Virus record (IMG/VR): IMGVR_UViG_3300035497_000258
Location: 1 to 64,000 of that record
Source: a virus
Taxonomy: Duplodnaviria; Caudoviricetes
Length of the DNA stretch: 64,000 nt
Strand: one strand, 5' to 3'
The position numbers were made by a program, and so were the translations under genes. Shown here piece after piece: positions 35,832 through 48,734 of this stretch; positions within the stretch are counted from its first letter, which is position 1, and the number at the start of each line of letters is the position of its first letter. The notes beneath the pieces are model-generated. The model had not been told where the DNA came from. It did not search any database and worked only from the letters and a program-made list of their open reading frames with translations.

Positions 35832-38800
35832 TTATCTATTAATATTAACATATTGTATTGCTTCGTTGGTAAGATTCTTAAGAGCTTCTTCAATTTCATT
35901 AGAACTAGTAACATTAGGGAATGTAGCCTCAATATGTACTTGCTACTCTAATGTATTACCGCTAGTAGAAACAGAAGAAGTAGAATTAACCCGTGCGGCC
36001 ATTAGACCTAACCCCGCACTAGCCGTACTATCCAATGCTTCAACTATACTTTGAAGGACATTTGCGCCTAGGGAGCGAACAGCGGAAACCGCAGATAAGA
36101 TGTTGCTAGTATCCTCGGCATTCAGCACTAATTCTTTCTAGTGTAGAAGTGCTAATTTACCACCTTCAAAATCGCCAGTATATCCACCTGTATCGAACTT
36201 TGCATATTCTTTTCTATCTGCATAAGTGAAATAAGCTTGACCGTCTAGTACTTTATCTATATAATCCGTGATTGCGTCATCTTTACCATATTGATTTAAC
36301 AAATCTGTAATTTCATTATTAGATAATTCTGTATCTTTCCAGCCTTTATCCATTCTCATGTCTGCCCATTGACTATAAAGTTCACTGCTAGTGCTATAAT
36401 TAGCATCCTACCACGCTTCTAACATTTTAGTCGAATAATCATCAAAGAAATCTTGCGTAGTAACATTTACTATAGCTCCAGATACTTGCTAATAAGCATT
36501 AACTACATCATATAAAGTTTCAGCTAATTCTTTATAATGGTCTGTCTAAGCCTGAATAGAATTTAAATTAGCGTCCATACTATCAGTAGCTTCTTCTCCT
36601 GCTTTTTCAACTTTCTCAGTAGCCGCAGTAGTATCGTCGATCTACTTAGTTAAATCATCATAAGAAGTACCAGTATCTTTATTAACGTCAGTTATAGTAT
36701 TCTCATAACTCTAAGAAGCTTTTTCCATTTCTTCTATAGCTTTATTAAAAGCTTCATCAAAAGTAGTAGTACTACTAGTCATAGAACCTAAAGCTGTGCC
36801 GTAACTATTATCAAAGTTCTATATGGTAGTAGTACCAGCTTTGGTCATATCATTTATAGCCTTTTGTTTTTCTTCTTCTAAGTCCTTGATCTTCTGCGCA
36901 TAGTATTCACGAATTTCCGCAATCTAAGCTTCACGTTCATCAACAGTAAGAGATTCATCGGTATAAACCTCTTTAATTTTATCTGTCATTTCCTACCAAG
37001 TATCGATTATCTCGCCACTGACGTCTTTAACCTAGTCTTTAGCGATATTATAGTAATTATTAGCGGCATCCAAATAATCTTGATTAGCCGAGTCTATTTC
37101 ACTCTAATCGGCCGTATATTTATAAGTCCAGTTACCCTAATCATCGCGCATTAAGGCAAGAGAAGATTTATTGTTCTATGCTTCTTCTAATGCAATCTGC
37201 TTTAAAGTCATTTCATACTCAGCGTTCATAATATCTATATCATATTGAGATAACTTGTTATTCTAAGCTCGTAATTCACATTCATCTTTTAAAGCCTAAA
37301 GCGTGGCGGCGGCAGCTTTAGAGTTCGACTCATCTATAGAACTTTGAATCTTATTAGTAAGAGTTGTAACTTCATAAAGCTTATTAACTTCATCGAGATA
37401 ACGCTCATCTGTATCAATGAAATTATCATACTACATCTGTAGCAGCGTAAAGCCTTTATTACTAGTTAAAGCTTGCTCTAATTTATAAGCAGCTCGCTCA
37501 ACCGCATTTTCAAAGATAGCTTGAGCAGTCTCCATAGTCTCCTATGTAGCTTCAAGCATAGCTTCCTAAGTATCTTGGTATTCAGTAAGTAAAGCATCAT
37601 ACTGATTTTTAAGCATATCATAACTAGCATCAGCCTCATCTACACCAGCTAGATTAGCTTCCGCAGTAGCCAACATACTCTCTAAATCATCTAGCCATTC
37701 TTTCTACAGCTTAGCTTTTGCCCATGAAGCTTGCATTTTACTATTATAGGTGCTTTGAATGGCATCAAAACCCTAAGCAGTCTTTAGCGATACACCTTGA
37801 AGTGTCATAATTTCTTTAATGGTATCACTAATTGCGGAATTGTGGTCAAGAGTGTCAGTGAACTGCGAGAACCGCTCCGACGCTGCATCTAGGGCATCCG
37901 CAAACCCATTCTCAAATTCTTCGATAGAATCTAATATACTCTCGCCAGATGAGATTATTTCATCGAGAAGGTCATTCATCTAAGACCTAATTTCATCTTT
38001 ATTAGTATCTGTAGTTGCATTATTCCAAGCATCTATTAATTCACTAGCTTGACTTTCAAAAGTCTTGGACATCTCTGCTTCTGTACGAGCATTATCTGCT
38101 GCATAAGCCATAGAAGATAGTCCATGAGTTAAACTATCACCATAAGATTCTGCTATTGTCTTTTGGAAATCGCTATAAGCCTAAAGATTCTCTTTAGCAT
38201 CAAGCTTAATCTAAAGTTTATAATTTAAAGAAGTTAATATGCTATCTAATTTCTTTCTTGTATCATCTCTTATGCCGTCTGTTGTTTCTTTAATAACATC
38301 TAAAGTATCTTCATAATTACCTAGATAATCCTACGCATTACTATACCACTTTTTCATTGCATCTAGCTATGTCTTCGCATTATCTTGCTAATCCGCAGTC
38401 ATAGCATTATAAGAAGTCATAAAATCATTATACGTCTTTTTAATGTATTCTTGCACTTCATCGTAGTTAGTAATCTCATTTGTTTCAGAATCATACTTGA
38501 CGTCTAAACCGAGACCGGCTATTAATTTTTTATCGCTATCTAGGTAACCCTAAGCTTGTTCTAATTTCTTGTTATATAGGTCAATTTCATCATCTAGCTC
38601 TTCTTGGTATTGTTTATAATAAGCTAGTCTATCAGTGCCATAAGCACGTTCCGCATTTTCATCTATTAAATCAAGAAGGTCAGCTTGCTTTTCTAACTAG
38701 CGATTAATATCGTGATAGCGTTCTCCCGCCTCTGTCTTTAAATCTTCAACATCGGGATCTTTAGAAGAACCACTACCCGATCCGGAACCATTTTTACCTG

Positions 38801-41800
38801 AGCCAGAGCCAGAAGTTGCATTTTTTTGAGCGTTATCTAAAGCAGATGAAACAGACTATAATGCCGCAATACTTCCTGCGATTGAACCAGCATTTGCTTT
38901 CATATCGCTTAAAGTAGATTCAAGGCCACTTAAAGCTGTATTAGCAGTATCAAGTTTAGACTAATTAAGCTTATCTTGATTTAATTTAGCGGCCTATCCG
39001 GCTGCAGTGGGAGAAATACCATAAGCTCTACCATCCTATACTCCGCCAGAACTTGTAGACCCAGAAGAAGTACCGCTAGTACCGCTATAGCTTGAACCAG
39101 ATGAACTTTTAGAAGCAGTTGAGCTAGGAACAGTATTCTACGAAACAGCAGAGTGATCTGTGTATCCATTTCCTTCTGCAGCTTCATATGCAGCAGCCCA
39201 AGCCTAACCAACACTATTAGCAGCAGCGACAGCATCTACAGCATGAGCACCTGCAGCATTACTAGCAGAACTAAAAGCACTAGAAGCTGTATTACTTATA
39301 TCTATATAGTTATCAGAAACAGAATCAGTTAAACTACTCGAATTAGAATCAATATCAGAATTAGATTCATCATTAGCAGTAACAGAATCAATCCAAGCCT
39401 ATTTAGCATTTGCTAAAACACTCTATTGCTAAACGATTTGTGCGGCCGCCGAGTCTTCTGCATTTGTGCCAATGGCAGCTATATAAGCTTTATAGAGACT
39501 AATCATTACCTCTAATTCTGTTATATAAGCATTAAGTTTTTCTTGCTCGATTGTTAATTCGTTTATAGCTTCTTGTTTAGAAGCTTCTAGTTTAGACTGC
39601 TAACTATCTATAAAAGCATTAGCAACATTTGCATCACATTGAATCATACCATCTGTTGTAGCTTTGGCATTTTCAAACATTGCGCCATAGCCCTAATCGA
39701 TAAGATTTTCCATCTCATCTATGGTATATTTCCAATCTTCTTGAATTATATCTGTTAAACTCTCAAATTCTTTAGCTAGTCCTAAAGCATTACTTATATC
39801 AGTATCAAAATCTAGCTAGACCTAAGCTTCAATCTATATTTTAGTCTTTTCTAATTCTTTAATCTTTTTATCTAATTCATCAGTATTAGCTGTTAATGTT
39901 ACTTCTAATTCTTCTTTTTTATCTCTTAATTCTTTAGCTCTGTCAGTATCTCCTTCTTTTTCAGCCGCTTTAGCCTGAACTTCAAGAGTTTGTATCTCAC
40001 TCTATAAAGTCTAATTTTTAGCCCGAAGTTTTTCTCCTTCTTTTTCTATCTACTCTTGTTGATTCATTAAAGCTTTATAAGCATTAGCTTCTTCTTGCTC
40101 GGCAATGTCTCTTAAAGCCTAAAGATACTCATGAGAATTTTTATCCTAAATATCTCCAAGCTAAGTATATTTTTCAGCTATTAAATCAAGATTAGCAATT
40201 TGCTCACTATCTAAATCTTCATAACTATCGCCTTCCGCAAAACTACTTAATGCACTCTAAATATTAGAAGCATTTTGACTTGCTGTATCATAATCATAAG
40301 AAATAGAATTACTACCATATTTAACCGAGCTCAACTTATTTAGAACTTCATCTAAAGAATCCATTCCTTCGACATCAATAGTAGCTAAAATTTCCCAATC
40401 TTCAGCAGATAAAAATCTTAATTTACCTTCTAAGCCATTTTCACCGAAAGCATCAATTAACTTTTCTTTAACGCCCTGTACTGTATTTTGAGCGTTCTAT
40501 TCAAACTCTTCTAAACTTATACCAGCAGCTTCTAAATAATTAGTTAAATCTTCTGTAATATACTAAGAATAACCAACGCCTTGACCAATAGCATTATATA
40601 TATTAGCAGTGGTAGCTTTTAAAGAATCCTATTCAACAACAGGTTTTACATAAACTTCTAAATATTCTTCTTCATCATTATCTACCATCGCCATTCTAGC
40701 TTGCTTTAGAGTATCCTAAGCACTAGCTATATCTTCTGCATTATAGGCAAGAGGATTATCAGCATAATACTGCAAAAGGGCAGTATAATTTTCTTCGAGC
40801 TATTCATAATCCTCTTGATTTGCAGAAACGAAATCGGCTTGAGCCTATTCCGCCTAATTTAAAAGAGCTTCATAAGTTTTATAAATCTATTTAGCTTTTT
40901 TGTCGTCCTCGTCAACGCTGTCTAAATAAGCCTAATTTCTAGCTAAATAATTCTCAGCATCTTCTTTCGTATTACCATAAGTAGTTCTGTCTCTACCTTC
41001 GGTTAAATTTTTATAAGCTTTATCCTTTTGAGCTAAGAATGTCTCTGCTTGTGTTTTTTGCTTTTCAGCAGTTAATCTTTCCTATAAGGCTATTTGTCTT
41101 TCAAGAGAAGCTTCTTCAAGCTATAAAGTTCTTAATTCTTCAGCGTCAGTAAGAGAAATAGTATCTTGAGAATTAATTTCTTCAATCCTACTTTTAGTTT
41201 CTTCTAAGCTAGAATTTAAATCATCTAATTTAGATTTTTCTTCATCATATGCAGAATTAGCATCACTAATAGCATCTGCTGCTTCTTCTTGCGTTGTTGT
41301 AAGCGCATCAACGAGCTTTACTGCCCCATATATAGCTGCTACAACAGTACCTATTATAGCGAGTTCTAAAAGTAAAGTCTTTACTAAAGATTTAGAAGCA
41401 GTATCAAGCAATTTTGTAGCTACAGTTCCTAATCCTTTAGCTATAACATTTTTAGATTGAGCCATTGTATCAAGCTCAACAAAAGCGGCAACAAGTTTCT
41501 CACTCTAAAGCAACCCTGCATTTGCAGCCTAAAGCGTAGTATAACCTGTAACAAGAGTAGGAATTACCATACCTAAAGCAGCTAATCCCTAAGTCAATCG
41601 TTCTGTAAATGTTAAATCTTTATCTGTAAAAACATTAACGAGTGTTTTCATACTCTAAATAGCCATGCCTAATGACATAAGCTAATTAGCAACAGAAACA
41701 GTCCTAGCAGCCCAATCTTTCTAACGATTTATGATGCCTTCTAACGTAGCACCAAAACCTTCATATTTTCTAGTGGCTTCATCTGTAACGATAGCAGCAT

Positions 41801-44800
41801 TATTCTAAGCTGTTATATAATTCTAAGTAGAATCTGCTAAAGCATCAAGAGAAGCTCTTAACTGTTGAACTACTTCACTATCATTGCCCAATTTTTCTGC
41901 TAATTGATTAACAATAGAATTAAGATTATTTATATTTCTTTCTGTATCGACAGTAGCCTGTGAAAGCTAATTAAGAACCTGACTAGAATCCTTTAAACTA
42001 ACATTAACTCTATTTAAGCCTACATTATTTAACTATTCTTGTAAATATTTTAATGTATTCTAATATTGTTCAGTTTTCTATTCAGCTTCTGTGGTATTTT
42101 CAGTTAATTCTTTATATATAGCAGTTACAGATTTTAGTTGTGCGGCTTGAGTATAAACATTCTAGTAAGCAGCAGCCAATTTCTACGAACCAGTTGCAGC
42201 TTCGCTAAGATTAGCACTCTTAGAATAATAATTTGTTACTATTGTCTAAGCTTTTTCTAAAGTTAAATTCAACTACCCAATATCCTAGACTTGTTGATTT
42301 ATTGCGGTCTAAGACTCATTAGCAGTAGTTGTAAGCTACTCTCCTAAAGAAATTAAATTTAAAACAGCATTTTTTTCATTAGTAGCAGCTTTAACCTAAG
42401 ATTCATCCATTTGTTTAGATAATTCATATATCTAATTTTCCATCTGGACTTTCTTAGCCAATGTTTGTATTTCAGCATCATTAGTAGTTGCTGCCATAGT
42501 AGCTGCCATATCCGCGGCTAGTGATCTAAACTGCTTATCTTCTTCAGCAGCTAAACCAGTTAATTGCTTAATATTATACTGCGCATCCCGCAGACCTTGT
42601 GCGATTTGATCCTTAAAGAGTGTAGTGGCAGCATATCCGAGTGTTATCATTACTCCCTTTAACCCGCCCATAGCATCAGCTACATCAGCTATGCGATTTA
42701 AAACAGGAGTGACAACATTATCCAATCCGATAAATGTATCAGCATTAATTAAGCTATCATAAATATTTTCTGCGGCCGCCCGTACTCTGTCGCGCGCAGC
42801 CTCCCAGGATTCCGCATAAATGTCTGCTTGCTCTTGAAGCGTTCCTTCTGACCCATAAGCAGTATCAAGGTTTTCTTTAAAAGTGTCATAGTTGTTCATC
42901 AACGCCATGAACTGAGTGTACTATCTAACCATTTAACCCTCTTTATTTCTAAAGAGGATAGACTATATCTTCTTTTCTTTTATAAGAAAAGTCTCCCATT
43001 TCGCTCCGGTAAAAGAGCTACGTCTTTCGACTAGTCGTTGAACTTTATTCTTTATTCATACTTCCAAATATACCCATGATGGGTTTTTTTCTTTCCATTG
43101 CATACATTAGATATTAAATTTGGCAAACAACCCTCATTTTGTCTAGCTGCTTCTGCACAGCTAGGATATATATCTATTAATTCTCCTTGCAAGGTATATT
43201 TACCAACTTTTTTAGCACTTTTATTTAATCCAGTTTGATAGGCATGAACAGAATTCTCTCCGTTCGTTATTTGTTCTAAATTTTCAACCTGATTGTTAGT
43301 TTTATTCCCATCTTTATGGTTAATTACCAAATCTTCTTCTAAAGTACCATTAAATAAACTATAAACAATTCTATGAGCTAATCTACTTATTTTTCTTCCC
43401 TCAATAGAAAAACACCATTCAACGTATCCATCTTTAGTTATTTTTCCCTTTAAAAGATTATTAGTTTTATTACTTTTTGCCCTACCTTTGTTTGAAATCA
43501 TATAAACTGTATCTTTATAAGGTAACCAGATTTCGCCTTCTAAATCACCAGTATATTTAACTCTAGCTTTAACACCATTTGAGCGTTCCTTTAAACCAAT
43601 ATTATAAGCATGATAATTATTTTCACTAATTGTTACCCATTCAAGATTATCAATATTATTATTTAATTTATTTCCATCTTTATGATTCACCACAGGTAAT
43701 TTTTTAGGATTAGGAATAAAATATTCTGCCACTAATCTATGTGCTAAAAATTCATATCTTTTATTTTTATGCCGTAGGCTATATTTCAAATATCCCCCTG
43801 AAATACTTCCCTTTAGCCAATTATTTGTTTTTTGATTAAATAATTTACCATTGTCAGTAATAAAGTATGTAGTTAATTCGTCATTAATTAAAATTTGTTT
43901 CATATATCTCTCCTTTTATTAAATATATATGAATAAAGAATCTTAGCTGCGGATTGTCCATATACCTTTAATCTTTTTACCATACCTTCTACATTACTAG
44001 TCGCCACTAATCAAGTTATTTATTCCTTATTAATTTGGTAATTAAAGCTTTAGGAGTTCCCCGCAATTAGAGAGATTTTAAGCGAGCATTAATAGTCTAC
44101 CCGCTACAGCTTCGGAGAGGGCAATTTGCTCGTCTTGCGCAAGTGTACCCCACTTTTCGCCTATTTCATCTAGGATAGTATCCATCTACTTGAGTTCGCC
44201 ATTACTATCCTTGATATTTACTCCAACAGCCTAGAGTGCTTGTGAATATGAACCTAAAGTAGTTCCATCGTCGAGCGTTTCCCCGAGTTCAAGATCTTGA
44301 ATTCTCGCAAAGAGTGTCTTAACTTAAATATTCTAATAAGTGCGCAACTACTTATTACGTTCTTTTATGAACTGCTTGTAGTTTCCTACAAGAATAGACC
44401 ATATCTTAACCTATTTGGCATATTTAGGTAAAAATCATTTCTTCCGCCATTAGCTTGCGGCTTTACTCCCCTTAGCGGAGATGGTCGTTGAACTTAAAAA
44501 GGTAATATGTCTAAATTAAGGAATTTTCCTTTTCTATAAATTAACTCATATAAAGGAATGTTATATTCTTTACAATAAGCTCTTTTTCTTTCGTCTCTTT
44601 CTTGTATTATCTCTAAAGAGTCTCTAAATATTTCTCGCTCTTCAAAGTGCTATTCACCCTATACTTCTATATAGCATCTTAGCTTACCATCCTCGTATAC
44701 ACCGAAGTCGAATTTCTAAGTACCTAGTTCTGGGACTTTGACTTGCTCTTGAAATTCAATATTTCTATCCTTAAGATAATGAGCAATAAAAGTCTCACCC

Positions 44801-46543
44801 TTCGACTTCCATCTATCACAACTAGGACAGCCCCTAGAAGCCATGAGACTAATCTAATCTGCTTTAAAGATTAAACCGCACTTTAAACATTTATAAGTAT
44901 TTTTCTTTAACTAACCATTATATGTTAATAACTAAATAGTTCCATAAAACTCATTATCTATTCTTTCTTGGACTTCTTTTAAAGAAAGCATATTAGCTTG
45001 TTTTGAAGTATCACAATACTTACAAGCAAATGGACTCTATAAGCAAGCTTGAATATTTCTTTCTATATCATTCCCGCAGGCTTTATGATGAACTATCACG
45101 TTATCTTTATCTATCTTTCTTACTAGTTCAAAATCATTATTATTCTCATATATTCTTTGTATCCTTTGAAGCTTAGTAAGACCTTCTTCTCTGCAACATT
45201 TATAATTCTTTAAAAAATTATTTGCAGATTTTTTATAATGTTCTTTCCCACAATAACAACACTTTAAAGTTGCTGGTCTAGTAATAGCAGTATATTCTAG
45301 TACTTCAATTTTCTATTCTGGAAAAGAATCATAAAATCTCTTTAAAAATTCCTCTTTATCTACTCGTTTAGACATTTTTCTTTCTCCTTATTAAGTGCTG
45401 GTTGTCCATTCTCGGCCACTTAGGTTTATGCCGAACCATATGGTCATCCGCTTACTTATTTCTGCTTTCGCTCTTTAACTTAATTATAAGAAAGAAGATA
45501 AATTAAGTCAAGCTAAGCGGCTTTAGGAGTTTCCAGCTTTTAGATTTTCTTTATGCCCTTAAAATCAAGGCAGTACCGACAACATCCGCGCTCTATCTTG
45601 TTTCAGCGACAACAGTAGCTAAAGCAGAAGTAGCATATTCATAACTCAATCCAACTGTTGTAGCGACAGATGCAAATTTACTTAAACCTTCTGAAATTTC
45701 TGCGGAACTCGATGCTGTAGAGGCACCTAAGGCCGTGATAACATCCGCATAGTATTCTAGGTTGTCAGAGCCTTCCGCAAAGTTATTCCAAATAGCAGTT
45801 AATTGCTCTGAAACGGTTTCCGCAGATTGACTGGTCACATTAGCAAGTTTGACAGTTGCTTCAGTACGAGCCTGCACGGCCTCGTCGTCGAGACCTTGCT
45901 GGTAATAGATCAAGCTCGCGTCGGTATAATTCGTGGTTGTTGTGTTCAATGCAGCTGCCGCTTTATTCGCCGCAGAAGCATAAGCTTCCATTTCTTCTGT
46001 AGACTTGCTTGTAACTATTCTTATATTTGTTAAAGACTCATTTAAGTCTTGTGCATATCCATATGCAGTAGAAAGTGCACTCATAAAACCATGCAGAGCG
46101 CTAGAAGTTAACTGCCAACGCGCAGTATTCTTCATAGTTACCCACATCTCAGAAAGTAGAGCGTTAGAGCGCTTCATGGGTAACTCAGCTTGGGAAATCG
46201 CACTAGCTACTTGTAAGAAAGCCTTCTTACCTTCCGGGCCTACAGCACTTAATTTAGTAGCATAACTTTCAAGAGCAGTTTTACTATCTCCTAAAGACTC
46301 CCTAAATTTAGATAAATCTAGCTAGCCAGTTTTAACATTAGTGGCTTCAACTAATTTTAGCTATAGCTCCTAAGCCGCTGTTGCAGCTTCTTCTATGTCT
46401 TTGGTAAAGGCGTCCCCAAATTTGGCTTTAGAAAAATCATAAGTAGCAATCTTCTCTAAAGAGGTTTGTACTTCTTTTAATTTAGCATTTAGCTAAGCAG
46501 TATCTGCACTAAATGCAATTTCATAATTTAATCTTTTAGCCAT
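35832..46543 (-). CDS. tape measure protein (~2765 aa), exons 46543-45568, 44322-44099, 42929-35832; many TAG=Gln
   Basis: TP901-like core (LNESLTNIRIVT, VGTA|FKTLFARI, VAG|VRQYTQFMALM), Ala-rich coiled coil, C-terminal FDTGGYTG...LHQKELVLN; spliced length 8298 nt is divisible by 3. Confidence 0.9.
42930..44098 (-). mobile_element. group I intron 2 in tape measure gene with HNH endonuclease
   Basis: P1 GCGGGT/GCTCGC; GTTCAACGACTA and AAGATATAGTC core; terminal G. Confidence 0.9.
43052..43903 (-). CDS. intron-encoded double HNH endonuclease with NUMOD1-like tail
   Basis: two HR.V...VNHKDGNK.NN...NLE motifs; TAG-free. Confidence 0.88.
   Translation of the reverse strand: MKQILINDELTTYFITDNGKLFNQKTNNWLKGSISGGYLKYSLRHKNKRYEFLAHRLVAEYFIPNPKKLPVVNHKDGNKLNNNIDNLEWVTISENNYHAYNIGLKERSNGVKARVKYTGDLEGEIWLPYKDTVYMISNKGRAKSNKTNNLLKGKITKDGYVEWCFSIEGRKISRLAHRIVYSLFNGTLEEDLVINHKDGNKTNNQVENLEQITNGENSVHAYQTGLNKSAKKVGKYTLQGELIDIYPSCAEAARQNEGCLPNLISNVCNGKKKTHHGYIWKYE
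44323..45567 (-). mobile_element. group I intron 1 in tape measure gene with Vsr/PD-(D/E)xK endonuclease
   Basis: P1 TGCCT/GGGCA; GTTCAACGACCA / AAGATATGGTC core; terminal G; splicing restores GTAFKT. Confidence 0.88.
44494..45375 (-). CDS. intron-encoded zinc-ribbon plus Vsr/PD-(D/E)xK homing endonuclease (293 aa, TAG read-through)
   Basis: CxxC repeats; SKGETFIA..KFDFGV..IEVQGEQH..D..KRAYC. Confidence 0.82.
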
Positions 46544-46572
46544 ATTTTCTCCTTTCTCTCCTATATAAAAAT

Positions 46573-46606
46573 AAAAAGCCTTTGAGAACTTAATCTCAAA
46601 GGCTTT
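46573..46606 (-). terminator. stem-loop upstream of tape measure gene
   Basis: AAAGCCTTTGAGA-loop-TCTCAAAGGCTTT followed by T-run on minus strand. Confidence 0.7.
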
Positions 46607-46646
46607 AATTCTCTATTATTATTAAATTTTTTTTTGATATAATGAA

Positions 46647-47162
46647 TTAATCACGACCAGCAATATCTTTAATTGCGGAAAGCTGCTCAAGGCCTTCACC
46701 ATTCTTGATATTTTCTAAAATAGCCTTGATTTGCTCGCTCATAGAGCCAGTGTCCTCGCTCAGATTACCCATCATTCCCGCAAAAGACTGGTTATAACGT
46801 GTAATATCACTAGCTGTAGTATACACGCAGTCCCGCAGAAATGCAAGTTCTTCACCCGGGATACCAATATAAATCTTCTCGATGATATGATTACTAGCTA
46901 ACTTATCATAAATATCATAAATCTTTAGACTATCATCGATCTCGATATCAGTATACCACTTAGCAAGCGCCACGTCAAAGAAAGACTTTAGAACCACAGG
47001 ACTAAAATTAAATGTATTCTCATCCATAGAGTTTTGAATAACATAGTTAATAAATTCAATCTTACTTTGCAGCGGCACATATCTCTTAATTTCAAAATCA
47101 CCATAATCCGAGGTCATAGGATTGGTATTATTAGTTACAGGAAGGTCAGAAAGCTTAATCAT
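46647..47162 (-). CDS. hypothetical protein, possible tail assembly chaperone; TAG-free
   Basis: 171-aa intact ORF just upstream of TMP; RBS AAGGAG. Confidence 0.7.
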   Translation of the reverse strand: MIKLSDLPVTNNTNPMTSDYGDFEIKRYVPLQSKIEFINYVIQNSMDENTFNFSPVVLKSFFDVALAKWYTDIEIDDSLKIYDIYDKLASNHIIEKIYIGIPGEELAFLRDCVYTTASDITRYNQSFAGMMGNLSEDTGSMSEQIKAILENIKNGEGLEQLSAIKDIAGRD

Positions 47163-47191
47163 TTTACATTCTCCTTTTTCTCTTTTGTTTT

Positions 47192-47220
47192 ATTATAACA
47201 AATTTTTATAGTTAATTCAA
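47192..47220 (-). promoter_or_regulatory. sigma-A-type promoter
   Basis: TTGAAT-17-TATAAT upstream of 47162. Confidence 0.65.
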
Positions 47221-48603
47221 AAAAATATTTATACCATCAGATTTTTTTACAAATTTTTCTAGGTTGTCAATATTTAGTTTTCCATATGATTTAATTGCGT
47301 ATATAGCTGCTTTAACTTCTCTAATTCTTTTTAGCTTGGCATAATTATTATTATCATACCCACCATACCATTTATTCTATACACGCTCTATAACTATAGT
47401 AAATCCATCTCTATTACCATACTCTCGTTTTCCGGCACTTTGAACTTGATTAATCTATTCTACTATAGCACTAATGATGCCTAGCATAGAATAAGCTTTA
47501 AAATCATGTATTAAAATTCGCTATACTTCTTGCTAGTTTGTACCAACTATATATTTTTCTGCCATTTCATTAATTAAATCTCCACGGATAATTCTATAGT
47601 TCTAATCTAATGTAGCATTTGCTCCAGACCCAAAAGCTAAAGTATTATAAATCTAATAGTCTACTAAAGCACCATTTCCGTAGAGTGAGTGTAACAATGG
47701 CATGACTTGAGAATACTAGCCTGAATATGACACCATCTTTGTAGGACCGCTATTACGATAAGCTTTAACAGAAGCATAATTCTATACGTTCATATCTGTC
47801 ATAAATTCAAGTGTTTTATCATTTAATTTACTATAAGCAGAATAATTAAAACCTTCTCCACCAAAAGTAATATCAGCAGCCTTAGAAAATGTATTACCAT
47901 CATCTACTTGGCTGCCACTTGTGCCAGTTAGTCCTTTTGTTGTAGCGACAAAATTTCCTATCTAATTTAATGCCATACCCTAAGCAGAACTTGCTACAAC
48001 TAGAGCTAAAGCCTCAGAAGTAGGAGTTAAAGCATTAGATAGCCAACCTACATCATAGCTATCTTTACCCTTTTTCATAGAAGATTTAATTAATGCTAAA
48101 AAGTTCTTTAATCTTAGGACCTATTGTACGCTACTTTCTTGAATTTCATTAGGATTTTCAATCATGCCTAATAAAACAGAAGCAGAACTCTCATTAGCCT
48201 AAAATACACTTAATAAATCATTTAAAGCTTCCGCTGCAGCCTGGGTATCTGTCCCTTTCAAGGCATCCTCAAGAGAACCTACAGCCGAGTTATAATTACC
48301 TATTAAACTACTAGCCTACTCTGCTGCTTCATTATATTTTTTAACTACAGCTACTTCTATGGCTTTTTCCATGCGCTCAAACTTCGCCAAATCCATAGCT
48401 TGAATATATTCCTATTTAGTGGTTCCTGCGTTCTAACTAGCTAGCTACGCCCGCAAAGCCTGAAGATATCTAGTTTTTATTTTCTTAAAAGAACTACCTG
48501 CGGACTGGCCGTATGCACGTAGCGTACCACCTTGGTAATTTTCTGCATGACCGTGAATATTAATTACTTTTTCCTCGCCATACTAAAATACATATTTAGC
48601 CAT
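47212..48603 (-). CDS. hypothetical protein (463 aa, many TAG; absent from ORF track)
   Basis: ATG after GGAGG; no TAA/TGA until 47212; KAADI...SVKAY resembles a PD-(D/E)xK core. Confidence 0.7.
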
Positions 48604-48616
48604 AATTTCCTCCAAA

Positions 48617-48647
48617 AACGAAGAAAAGGGAGGGTATAAACCCTCCC
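48617..48647 (-). terminator. intrinsic terminator after major tail gene
   Basis: GGGAGGG-TTTATA-CCCTCCC then TTTTCTT. Confidence 0.8.
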
Positions 48648-48734
48648 TTAATTAATCATCTTCATATTCGTCAACATTATCTTGACTATTGATTTCTTCT
48701 TCTTTTTGCTCGTCAGAAATCATAGACCGAGCGT

